A stretch of DNA of 64,000 nt from Harriotta raleighana (taxonomy: Eukaryota): positions 2,810,463-2,874,462 of the forward strand of contig JBNZDD010013660.1 of NCBI GenBank assembly GCA_050575255.1, given 5' to 3'. The translations under genes were made by a program, and so were the position numbers. This document shows, piece after piece, positions 53,483 to 64,000 of the stretch (position 1 is the first letter of the stretch; each line of letters begins with the position of its first letter). The notes under the pieces are model-generated. The model worked only from the letters and a program-made list of their open reading frames with translations. It searched no databases and was not told the DNA's origin.

Positions 53483-53869
53483 CAGTAAAATCTTGTTTAT
53501 CCGTGACCAGATCAACCAGATTGCTCGACCCCTTCCCAGGGCAATTCGCCATTCCAGGAATCGCTCACTTTGCGCACGCGTGGAATGCGTGCACATGCGC
53601 ATTTATTAAACTTACAAACTTTTTTTTTTTTTTACTGATCGGTAAAAATGCTTTTTTACCAATCTTTTTAACCGAGCGTGCTGGAATGCTTTGTTGGTAA
53701 GTATCCATACAATATTCTGTTACTATTTAGTCTATTATTAACATGGTATGTTTTAAAATAAGTTAATTTTTTATGTTGGGTTTTCGGCAACTTGCTCCCC
53801 GTTTATCCGGCACAGTCAATTAGTTGACCCCCCCCCCCCCGAGTGTGGCGGATAAACAAGGACTTATTG
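53483..53869 (+). mobile_element. CAGTAAAA-family MITE, short form
   Basis: TA + cagtaaaatcttgtttatccg ... cggataaacaaggacttattg + TA. Confidence 0.9.
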
Positions 53870-53979
53870 TAGATGCTTAGTAATCAAAGAAATAACACTA
53901 ACTGAAAAGGAAGGTTATAAGAAGCATGACAGGAGTGGTTGGGAAATTATGTAAATGCTGTGGCAAGAAACTTTCATTC

Positions 53980-54345
53980 CAAATTGCCCTTTGTCAGCTG
54001 TTGCCTAATACAGTATTACCTGCTTAATCCTCATGTCTAATCCTAGAGAGTGAATATCAGCAGAATATTCAAACAGTCAAACCCAATCCTGTCACAAATT
54101 GCCCTTTGTCAGCTGTTGCCTAATACAGTATTACCTGCTTAATCCTCATGTCTAATCCTAGAGAGTGAATATCAGCAGAATATTCAAACAGTCAAACCCA
54201 ATCCTGTCATCAGCGCCNTGGGACGTCCTCCTGACGTGAAAGGTGCTATATAAATACAATAAATAAAAAAATAAAAAATANCATGTCTAATCCTAGAGAG
54301 TGAATATCAGCAGAATATTCAAACAGTCAAACCCAATCCTGTCAT
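53980..54345. repeat. 115 bp tandem duplication plus an N-flanked L2 tail and a third partial copy
   Basis: 53980-54094 is repeated at 54095-54209; n at 54218 and 54281. Confidence 0.85.
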
Positions 54346-54640
54346 CAGCCAACATACACATTGTTTTATTAAATGACCAACTGGTGAGTATCCTCCTGTA
54401 AGGGAGGTAGGTGAGTTTGGAGCTGAGCTGACACTTGGGTTATGTGTGTTGGCAACAGAATGTCAGAATCTAGTCAATCCTTTGTGGTAAGGACCTGGAA
54501 GTGAAGTCAACCATTTTATTGTGCCTCTTTATAAGCAGAGCCAGAGAACCCAGATGACTGCTTTATAATACAGAGTTTCTCTGTATTTGCAAAACTGAAA
54601 ATGGACAGAGGGGGCTTGAAGCTGTCTGCTACATAACACC

Positions 54641-54955
54641 AATAATAATAATCCTTGAATTTGAAATAGCGCTTTTCACGTGTTCTAGATGTCTCAAAGC
54701 GTTTCACAGAATATACTGTAAAGTGAATTGGCTATATTTGTGGGCGAAACGTGGCAGGCAATTGTGTACAGCAGTGTCCCACAAACAGTCGTGGATTGAA
54801 ATGACCAATTTAATTTTTGTGGGGGGTTTTTTGGAGGGATTTTTAGGCTTGTGTAGTAAGGAAATTTACCCAAGGTTTCACCCTGAGGTGGCTGGATTCA
54901 AACACAGGTCTCACGCTTGTAAAGCAAGTATTCTAACCACTGAGCTACAGGACTG
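54641..54955 (-). mobile_element. Full-length young Deu SINE
   Basis: Tail, core and tRNA head in reverse orientation. Confidence 0.9.
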
Positions 54956-56277
54956 GTTAACAGCAAACAAAATGAGCAGTAATGCGCCTTTAAAATGATA
55001 TGCAAACAGGTTTAAATCACATTTAAAGGCAGCAAATGGGCAAACACAGCTCACAAGGGAGCAAATTGGTCCAGTTAAATTAATACCAGACAGGATTTCT
55101 GACAGTGCCTTGACAGTTCTAATCTATGTTGTTTTGCAGATTCAGGAAAGGCTTCGCTCTGGCATTTTCCTTTCCAAGATAAAGCTTGTATATAGCAAGA
55201 GGAAGACAGCAGAGGCCTTACTTTAAAACAGCTGATCCCCTCGAGGAGTGTGGAATGAAAATGCTGTGGTTGGGTGGGAAGCCTCTTCTGTTGCACAAAG
55301 CAAATGCATTCCAGACAGAGAGATATAACATAGTACTTACATGGGGGCAGTTAACAACTCCCGGGGCTTGTGGAAACTCGAACAAGCCTTTATTGCCTAA
55401 TACTAAAGTAGAAGGGGAAAAGGGATCAGCCACTATCGGCAGTTGGAAATTGATCAAGAAAATTGTGAGGAGGAAATCATTGACCCAAATCATTGCAGCC
55501 ACAGAGTATGTGAATTGACAAATACAGTATGTAGCACTGCAAAAAACGTTCATAACTTTGGTCAGAATATTGCAAGCTGATTCCGCCTGTAGGTGGCAGA
55601 AAGCTATCTGTGACACACAGGTTGATAGAGGGTGAGTGTGCAGGGAGCACTGGTAGAACATGGCTCCTTTTGTGTCTGTCATACAATACTCATAGAATAG
55701 AATCCCTCTAAAAGTACATACTCAATCCCCACAGTCTAACGAACTGCTATTCTACAATAGTCTAACTAACTGCTATTCTACCACACCACAAGTGGAGCAG
55801 ATCACAGTAAAGCAATAACTATTGGCTATAACTTACTCCATATTTCTCCAATTGTACCTCCCAGAAAATACTGACTCATTGCTGAGAGACAGTCCATAAG
55901 TATTCAGGCCGGGAACCTCATAAATATTGAGTGTGGTGCCAGGCTATTCAACACCGGTGAGCATCACAACTAAGCCCAATGAAGATCTCAAGCAAGAGAC
56001 AGATGTGTGCGTTTTCCAGTGGAGTCTGCTGGCTCCACCACTATCAGCTCTCCAATCTGCTAAGCAACAGGGTCCATTTCATATTGTGGATTAGCCCAGT
56101 CAGGAGATTCCCTGTCACCCCTAGATTTTTCAGAGAGTAATCTGTCTCTACGCCACAGGCAGCTTTCTGCCAGCTAACGAGGGATTAGTTCGCAATATAT
56201 TTACCAAAGTTGCGAATGTTTTCCTCGTACTGTATTCAACAGTGGTGAGCTTCACAACAGAGCTGTACTGCTTACAA

Positions 56278-57047
56278 CTGGTCAAAGTCACAAATGACAA
56301 TCTGTCCAACTATGACCAGAGCTCTCTCTGCCTCCTTGTCCTCCTCAGCCTCTCTTCCACCTTTGAAACTGTTGACCATTCCATCTTCCTACACTGCCTC
56401 TCTTCTCAGCTCAACTTTCACAGAACTGCGATTGCCTGGTTCTCCCACCATCTCCACTTTGGCTCCAATAACAGCTTCTCCTCCAGCCTCCGCACCATCA
56501 CAGGTGCTGTCCCTCAGGGCTCGGTCCTTTTCAAACTCCATGACTGTCGGCCTCATCCAGAACTCTGCAACCTGTGTGCTCTCCCACATTAGGCTCCACA
56601 ACCCTATCGCCACCATCCACGCCCAGCTCCACTGGCTCCCCATCATTCAGAGGATACAGTTCAAAAGATCCTAGACCTTAGCTTCAAAGCCTCCATGGCC
56701 TTACTACTCACTATTTCTGTGACTTTCTAACCCCCTACCAACCTATTTAATCTATCCATTCAGCAGGTTCTGGGCTGCTTCACCTACCATGCCTTGCCCA
56801 TTGTTGGGTGAGCCTTCAACATCCCTGCCCTCACCCTCTTGAATGCCATCCCTCTGTCTTGCCTCCTCCTTTGGCTCCTTCAAACCCCTCCACTTCGACT
56901 GTGCCTTCTGTTATCTTCCTACCTGTACCCTCCCCGCCCTCCATCCCTCCTGATCATAACCACCAGCTCAGAAGTGGATCCCTGACTATCCAGCATTTTA
57001 GGACATCCACCTAACATGAAAGGTATTATAAAATGTAATTTGTTGTG
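56278..57047 (+). mobile_element. Internally deleted L2 fragment (RT pieces plus 3' end)
   Basis: LVKVTND...LSSTFETVDH, VPQGSVL and LIQNSATCVL...LHWLPI remnants, then the tail. Confidence 0.85.
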
Positions 57048-58469
57048 TACCAATACTGCACTAATGCATTGCTACATATTTGTCAATCCATCCAAATACA
57101 AAAACAAATCATTGCATTTTGTATAGCATTTTTCATATCAGGAGGATGTCCCAAAACACTTCACAGCATTTATTGTGGCTGTGTGTTTTGTGAGTCAATT
57201 AAATCTATAACTTAAATTCCAAGCTCTGAATGTCTTCTACTCACATCAAGAGCTCCTTCCATTACACTGTAGCTGTGTGTATAAGTCTTCAAACAATTGC
57301 AGTTGGAGCTGATCAGCAGTTCAGGAGCTGGTGCTGAGGCCATTGGAGAATAAGTGGAAATGAATAGAGTCAGTCAATGAAATGCCTTTGAGGATCCATT
57401 AGCTCTTTCTGCCATCTCAAGACTATTTGAAGAACTGAGCAGTGGTTTCTAATGCATGTTTCCACATGCTGGTACCTATGTATTACTGACACTGATCTGA
57501 GACAGCAACCCTTCGCCCAACATCATGCTGATAGATAAACAAACTGTAGAGATTGATAATGCTAATTAAATAAGAAAGATTTAGTTAAATTTCAGTCCAA
57601 CTACCCTGTGGTTATTGTTTGTTCAGCTAATTTTCTCCTCTCTGACACTGGAAGATTTACAAGAGCACCATCTGGTTGGTACCTCATTCCGAATATAATG
57701 TTTTCTTTGTCTGTGACTCCAGATAGTGTTGTCAGGTTATTTAGCCATGCCATCAATCGCAGACAAACCTGCTCCTATCCTCACCTGCTGTCCACACATG
57801 TGTCCCCTTCCTGGAAGAATTTATTGGATAGTGATCAGGTCGGGAACCTTAACTTCTACCCTGAGGTCAGCTAACTCTCTCTACACAAGCTGGCATTCAA
57901 CCTGTTACCTTCTAGTCTTTATAACCTTAACCTTCCAGGCCATTCATAGAGCTGCAAAACTTCCTCTCTTCTTTGTGAGATGTAGTTTCAGGTTTTCAAG
58001 TGTACACTCACCATCTGAATAACTGTCTAGACAGTCCTGACTCATATGATTTTCCTGCCTGTTGCTTGGGAGGTGAACACTGTGATGTGAATGAAGCCAT
58101 TCAATAATATTAGCAAACTTATCCCTGTGCACTTCAAACAAAAAACTATGCCTTTTTATTGTTAGAATGGCATTTGACATCTATAATGTAATTTGTACTT
58201 TCACATTTTGCTATTTTAAGAGTGCAGGAACAAATTTGTGAAATGAAGGGAAAATGTCACTGAGGCACAAGAACTAATGTGTTGCAGAACCACTCTTGAG
58301 CTTTTTCTCCATGCATTCTTTTTCTCTGAATCTCCAACCTGCAGGTTTGTGACCCAATGTGACCCAAGAGACCTCTCTGCGTTTCTTGCCGCCATCAGTT
58401 AGTTTCACTTTCAGTTGCTAGCCTCTGATGACACATGTAAGTGTGCTACAGCTAAAGTTACTTCCTGGC

Positions 58470-59110
58470 TGTTTATTGCTGTGTGGAAAATGGCTGCTGT
58501 GTTCACCTACAAATAAATAATAAAAATAATCCTTGCATGTGATATAGCCCTTTTCATGTCTTCTAGACATCTCAAGGCACTTCACAGAGTATACTGTAAA
58601 GTGAATTGACTGTATATACGTGGGTGAAACATGGCAGCCAATTGAGCACAGCAGTGTCCCACAAACAGTCGTGGATTGAAATGACCAATTTTTTTTGAGG
58701 GATTATTATCAGGCATGTGGAGTAATGAAACTTGCCCAACGTTTCGCCCTACCTGGATTTGATCCCAGGTCTCTCGCTTATGAGGTGACCACTGAGCTAT
58801 AGGTGTTAACTACATCATCACCATAGTAATTCCTNATGGCAGCCAATTGAGCACAGCAGTGTCCCACAAACAGTCGTGGATTGAAATGACCAATTTTTTT
58901 TGAGGGATTATTATCAGGCATGTGGAGTAATGAAACTTGCCCAACGTTTCGCCCTACCTGGATTTGATCCCAGGTCTCTTGCTTATGAGGTGACCACTGA
59001 GCTATAGAACTCCGAGGTGTTAACTACATCATCACCATAGTAATTCCCGTGAAGCGCTTTGAGATGCCCCACCGACATGAATGGTGCTATGTAAATTCAA
59101 GGATTCTTAA
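58470..59110. mobile_element. Older + strand SINE interrupted by a younger - strand SINE, part of which is duplicated across an N
   Basis: The host breaks after cacctacaaata (58515); n at 58835; the host tail resumes at ~59015. Confidence 0.8.
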
Positions 59111-59329
59111 TAGGGCCCTGGTGATCCAATTTGTCTTCCTTTATCTCCTCCTCCTAAACCCTTACACAATTATTCATTAGATTGGCCTTGTCATTAATTT
59201 AAAAAATAAACTATGGGCGACATCTCCAACATTCCCAAACCCTTTCTCACCCTTTTGCACCTTCTCTTCTACCCCCTCTGTGCCTATGAGCTGACCATAG
59301 CCATTGTTGATTTGTTCGCTCCGACTAAT

Positions 59330-59912
59330 AATGCTTGACTACACCAACTGCTTGTTTACTGGACTTCCTAATTCTTCCCTCCACATGCTGCTGATTATTC
59401 AGAACTCTGCAGCTTGTGTCCTCTCCCGCACCAGGCTCCTGCAACTTATCACCCGTTCTTGCCTGACTTCACTGGTGCCCCATTCCTCAGAGAATCGAGT
59501 ACAAAATCCTCATTCTTACCTTCAATGCCCTCCACAGTGTTACTCCTCTCGACCTCTCTGATCTCCAGATCAGCTTGTCTGCTCCCTCCGCTCAGTAGAT
59601 TCCAGCCTGCCTCAGGTCCCCCATACTTCCTGCCCCACCATTGGTGATCAGGCATGCAGCATTTCTGACCGCACACTGTGGAACTCTATCCTGCAATCCC
59701 TCTGCCTCACCACCTCTCTTGCCTTTTCCAAGTCCTGTCTGAAGACCTTCCTCTTCGACTGTGCGTTTGACCATCCTCTCACCCTCACCCCCCTGCCCTC
59801 CTTCCCTTCTGACCCCAACTCCCAGCTCAAGTCCAATACTACTGATTTTTCAGTGCCTGGATCGTCTTTCCAACATGAAGGATGCTATACAAGTGTAATT
59901 TATTGTTGTTGT
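59330..59912 (+). mobile_element. L2 LINE 3' fragment
   Basis: LDYTNCLFTGLPNSSLHMLLIIQNSAACVL remnant and the tail. Confidence 0.88.
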
Positions 59913-62669
59913 AAATCCATAATGATATTCTACGCTCCCAAGTTCTATGATGAGCACCAAATTAAGATTATTTTATTGATTTATTTCTAGTACAGAATAG
60001 GCACGATTAATGAGCCTGCTGTTTGACTGGCTCTCTTTCCCACCCATGATATAAGTTTATAGCTATTCAGCGGCCTGATCTTCAGTCACTTAATTGGCAA
60101 CAAAGTGAGGATGATGATGATAATAATAATAATAATAATCCCTACATTTCTTACTGCACCTTATTAAATCATCGAGACAACAACAAGGAGCATTTTCATT
60201 ACTCTTGATATTTTGTTACCATGTTTGATTATTACATTAAAGGCAGAATTCACATTTTAGATGCTTTTGAGACCCTAACATTGTTCAATTACCTCTGAGT
60301 TTAATAATGTTAGTAGATTAGTATCACTATTATTTAGAAACCTGAAGAAACACTTTACAATGAGCACACAATGTAGGTGGGAGTTTATCACAAGTGGCTT
60401 AGGCATCTCCAGTGAAGCACATCAATTATTAACATCTGAATTATATGCGTTACCACATTGAAATTCCCTATCTGGTATTCTTTATATAGACACACTGGTT
60501 TCTTGCTGTTTTAACATCCCTATTATCATTTACTAATCATTGGAGTTGATATAGTGCCTTCATATGTCATTGAGATGTCTCAAAGCTCTTCACAAAATAC
60601 TGTGACCTGACAGGGTGGACACCATGTCAGTGTGTGGAGCCCTTGAGTGCCTTCTGGTCTTAGGATACATTTGCCTTCCTTAGCGCTACTTATGCTACGC
60701 TCATTATCTGTCTGCACACTCCTCACCTTCATCATCATAATTACTGTTCTGCACCAGGACAGCGCTCATTATTGTCCTCTCCATCATCATCCTCTTTGTG
60801 CTCCTCCTGCTCTTGGTCCTCTTCATTTTCTGCCTTGGACAGGCCTGTGCTCAGTACAGCGGGGCGGACAGCCCAGTATGTTGTGCAGCCAGCCGGACTG
60901 ACATGTGAACATTACAACAATTCAATTCAATCTTGATTTGCAAACTGGGCTTGTTTTACAATCTGCGGGGACCGACCGGCTGGCCAGCCAACCCTAACTG
61001 AGGTCTGTTACTTTATCCATATTGTTGCTTGCTTGCTTTTTCCTTTTGGCTTAATCAAAATGTAACACCCAGCCATCGAAAATGAAAGAATGACGTTAAC
61101 ATTCATGTCTTACTTGAGCAGTCAGTGAAAAGAAGTGCAGTCAGTGTACTCCACAGCATACATTGTACATGACTCTGAGAGGCGTCAGGTGAAACACTGC
61201 AGCGCTGTTCTTAAAAGCTGCAAAAACAACGGCTGTTTCTCTTTAAGAGCATATGCTTTTAATCAAACAGAATTCAAACATATTGCTGTATGTAAAGCAC
61301 TGTTTGAAGTTTGGCAGAGTTGTTGCCACTCTCATCAATGTGTGGTGCACTCATCACTGCATTCAGATTTTAAAAAATATTTCTCCTCGTTTTCTACTGT
61401 GCTGAAAGTGTTGATTTGCTCTGCGATACACTTTTACAGGCTCTGGCAGTACCAGGTGGCTATCCTTCATGCCTTCACTCCCCCACAAGAATTCTCTCTC
61501 CTCCTTTTCTACATTGTGGGCAGGCTAACTGTAGGGAAAAATCAGGGCCAAAACCAGCATTATCCTCACCCAACCATCATATAATATTCTTTATACATAG
61601 ACCTTTCAGGACATAAGGAGGCCATTAAGTCATTGAATCTACGCCATTGCTGCCTGTATTACTTATCCACCTACTTATTTTATTAATCCCATTGACGTGC
61701 TATTTTCCAATATTGTCTAATGTTTTATTGCCCAGGTGGTCATCCAGTTCCCCTTTGATTGATTCCATTGCAGCAATGATCCTAATCCAATCCTTATATC
61801 AACTGATACGATGGGCCAAATTACTCAATCTGTACCGTAGGATTGTACCAAGCAGCCGGATGGAAATTATCTTTATACATCTATACCAAGCAGAGATGAC
61901 ATCCTCAGAAAATGAGGGGAGACAATCTGACAGAAGGGCGCCGGGGTGGGTGTGGGGGGATATGGAACGTTTTAGAGAGAAGAAATACTTTCTAACCGCC
62001 TGACTAGTTTTTCTTCGAACAATCATGAGATTGGATAATGATCATGAGTATATTTTTCTTCTATTGATCCAAGGGGAGAAGGCTTGAGCCCAAATGTCAA
62101 ACCCCCTACTGCTAACTGAGATAATGTAACTCAGAATGGGCCTGGTTTATGAGATTCAATCCCTAAGCAGTCAAGTGAGCTGGAATCAATATCCATTACA
62201 GTACCTCCCAATTTGCACTTTAGTTACCTTTGAACAACTTATTCAAGTCAACAGCCACTTTCAGGTTTTAGGACATTTGAGAAATAATTTATTCAGTCAA
62301 TCTAATAAACTCAAAGTTTATCCCTGTCCCCATATACAGTATCATAATGGCACTTGTACTTTGGTGAAAGAGCTTTGATATATCTGTCAATCATAATAAA
62401 TTGAAGTGTTGTACACATATCATTTGAGCATTTGTTGTGCAAATTGGCTGATTAGTCTACTGCTCTCGCTTGGCCAGCAAATCCTATTTATATATGATCA
62501 TGCACAGTGATTCTGCAGTGTTCTGCTTTAGTATTCATGGTGCATTGTTATAATGGGAATTTTCGTTTGCAACTTGCTTTGCTAGAGTAGCAGTTTCCTA
62601 AGATGTTTCTTCACTCACCCACAAGAACTCTCTCCCCTCCTTTTCTGAAAATGCAATCTCTGCCTGGTA

Positions 62670-64000
62670 TCTACCTACCTGCCTGCTGGCATGCCTGCCT
62701 ACCTCAATTAATAAAGCGACAATGTCTGCCTGTGTGTCACCCAATAACCGATTGATGTAGAGATGATTTATCCCTCTTGGTAAACGCCTCGTATTTGGGA
62801 GTGTCATGAACTACCTAAACACTGCTGAATGGCACATCAAGTGATTCGAAGCATTTTCTAACATTTCTCAGGAAATACGATTCATGTTTCCAGATGACCT
62901 ATTTTGGCGCACAGAGAAAAATTAGAGAGCCAGGCTGTATGCCAATATTTAAAGTGTGAGGCCAAGTGTATTACCTGTCGGGATCTCTAAATGCCTTGCC
63001 TAATGAGTCGCCAAAATTCTTACAGAGCTACTTCATGACAAACTGAGAAGAACAAGCCTCCAGCATGGAAGCAATGTACAGTACTGAGGTTGACCAAAGC
63101 CCTCATACTAAGTCTGCAATGGAAAGATTGAAGAATATAGAATAATTGTCTATGCAGACAAGCCACCTGCTGGCCAGCATAAGTGACTGTATAGTGTACT
63201 AACTGCTGATGAAGTAGCCATTCTGATTGTGAGTGAAGAACATGGTAAGTGGAACATTGTGTTGCAACAACCTGACAACAAAACACATTCACCTCCAACT
63301 GTAATTGGGAGGAGATCAAGCAGGAACTGTTGCCTGGACAGATGCCAGAGGCCTGCCATGATCTCATAGCCAGAGTTTTCCACCTCAAAGTTCTTAAATT
63401 CATGGAGCTTATCACCAAAAATCATGTCTTTGGCAAAGTTTGTTGCTATGTGTACAGCATTGAGTGGCAAGTGTGGTCTTCACCATGCACATATGTGTAC
63501 CTCATTAAAAACATATGGTTTAACTAAATCGACAATGCAATCTCTGCAGACCAAATGAGTCTGCTGGCGAGATCGATTCCCAGCTACTCAATGACATAAT
63601 TGGCAAAGAAACTATACAAGTCCATAGGTGCTATTCCTGACATTGTAAATGCCATGAACTACCCAACTGAGTTTTTAAACTTTTTTGAATCATCCAGTAT
63701 TTGATGCTGAAGAATCGAGATGCACTGAAGCTATGCAACGGTACAAGGTTGGTGGTAAAGCAGTTGATGCCACATGTTACAGAAGCAACTGTATGTCTGT
63801 TCAGTTCAAAGGGGAAGATGAATTCATTCCTCACATCGCACTGCTACCAAGTAACTACCTGTTTGAGTTCAAAAGGCTCCAAATCCCTGATCAAATTGTG
63901 CTTTACCATGTCAGTTAACAAGGCACAGGGGCAGAGATTATAGGTTTCTGGTCTTTGCTTGAATACACCTTGCTTTATCCATGGACAATTCTATGTTGAA
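62670..64000 (+). mobile_element. Decayed, internally deleted Helitron (RepHel remnants), continuing beyond the window
   Basis: Ordered remnants: KHFLTFLRKYDSCFQMTYFGA...FKV*GQVYYLSGSL (62849); ADKPPAGQH...DEVAILIV (~63150); Rep motif 1 TFTSNCNWEEI (63285); Rep motif 2 IEWQ/GLHHAH (~63459-63492); IDNAISA; Pif1 helicase NYPTEFLN, LCNGTRLVVKQL, FTMSVNKAQGQ and CFIHGQFYV. Stops and frameshifts throughout. Confidence 0.93.

Noticed and set aside
58631-59048. Biological tandem SINE duplication
   Set aside because: The copies are separated by a single N and differ like alleles; most likely an assembly artefact.
62849-64000. Host PIF1 helicase gene or a novel Rep-helicase system
   Set aside because: There is no exon structure, there are many stops and frameshifts, and the domain order is that of a known Helitron RepHel.

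Overview
This is eukaryotic vertebrate genomic DNA. The repeat complement (tRNA-headed Deu-domain SINEs sharing a 3' tail with L2 LINEs, plus CR1 LINEs) points to a cartilaginous fish, possibly a holocephalan; that is inference. The only host gene is the 3' part of a class III ubiquitin-conjugating enzyme gene of the UBE2E family, most likely UBE2E2, on the + strand. It has three coding exons (19278-19410, 31781-31928, 36784-36881), a ~600 nt 3' UTR and AATAAA at 37472. I did not find the upstream exons, so 1-19277 is presumably one long intron. The rest is intron/intergenic DNA filled with L2 and CR1 fragments, SINEs, Tigger/pogo-like and hAT MITEs, unnamed ancient repeats, and a heavily deleted Helitron at the right edge. 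Six single N characters flank duplicated segments that look like haplotype/assembly artefacts. Nearly all ORF-track entries are spurious or TE remnants. I found no convincing new multi-gene system. The best leads are transposon biology (recurrent same-site insertions, a possibly polymorphic L2 insertion, MITE-borne NRF1/CRE/CTCF motifs, a compressed Helitron) and candidate conserved non-coding elements. Repeat boundaries are read by eye and approximate unless TIR/TSD positions are given.
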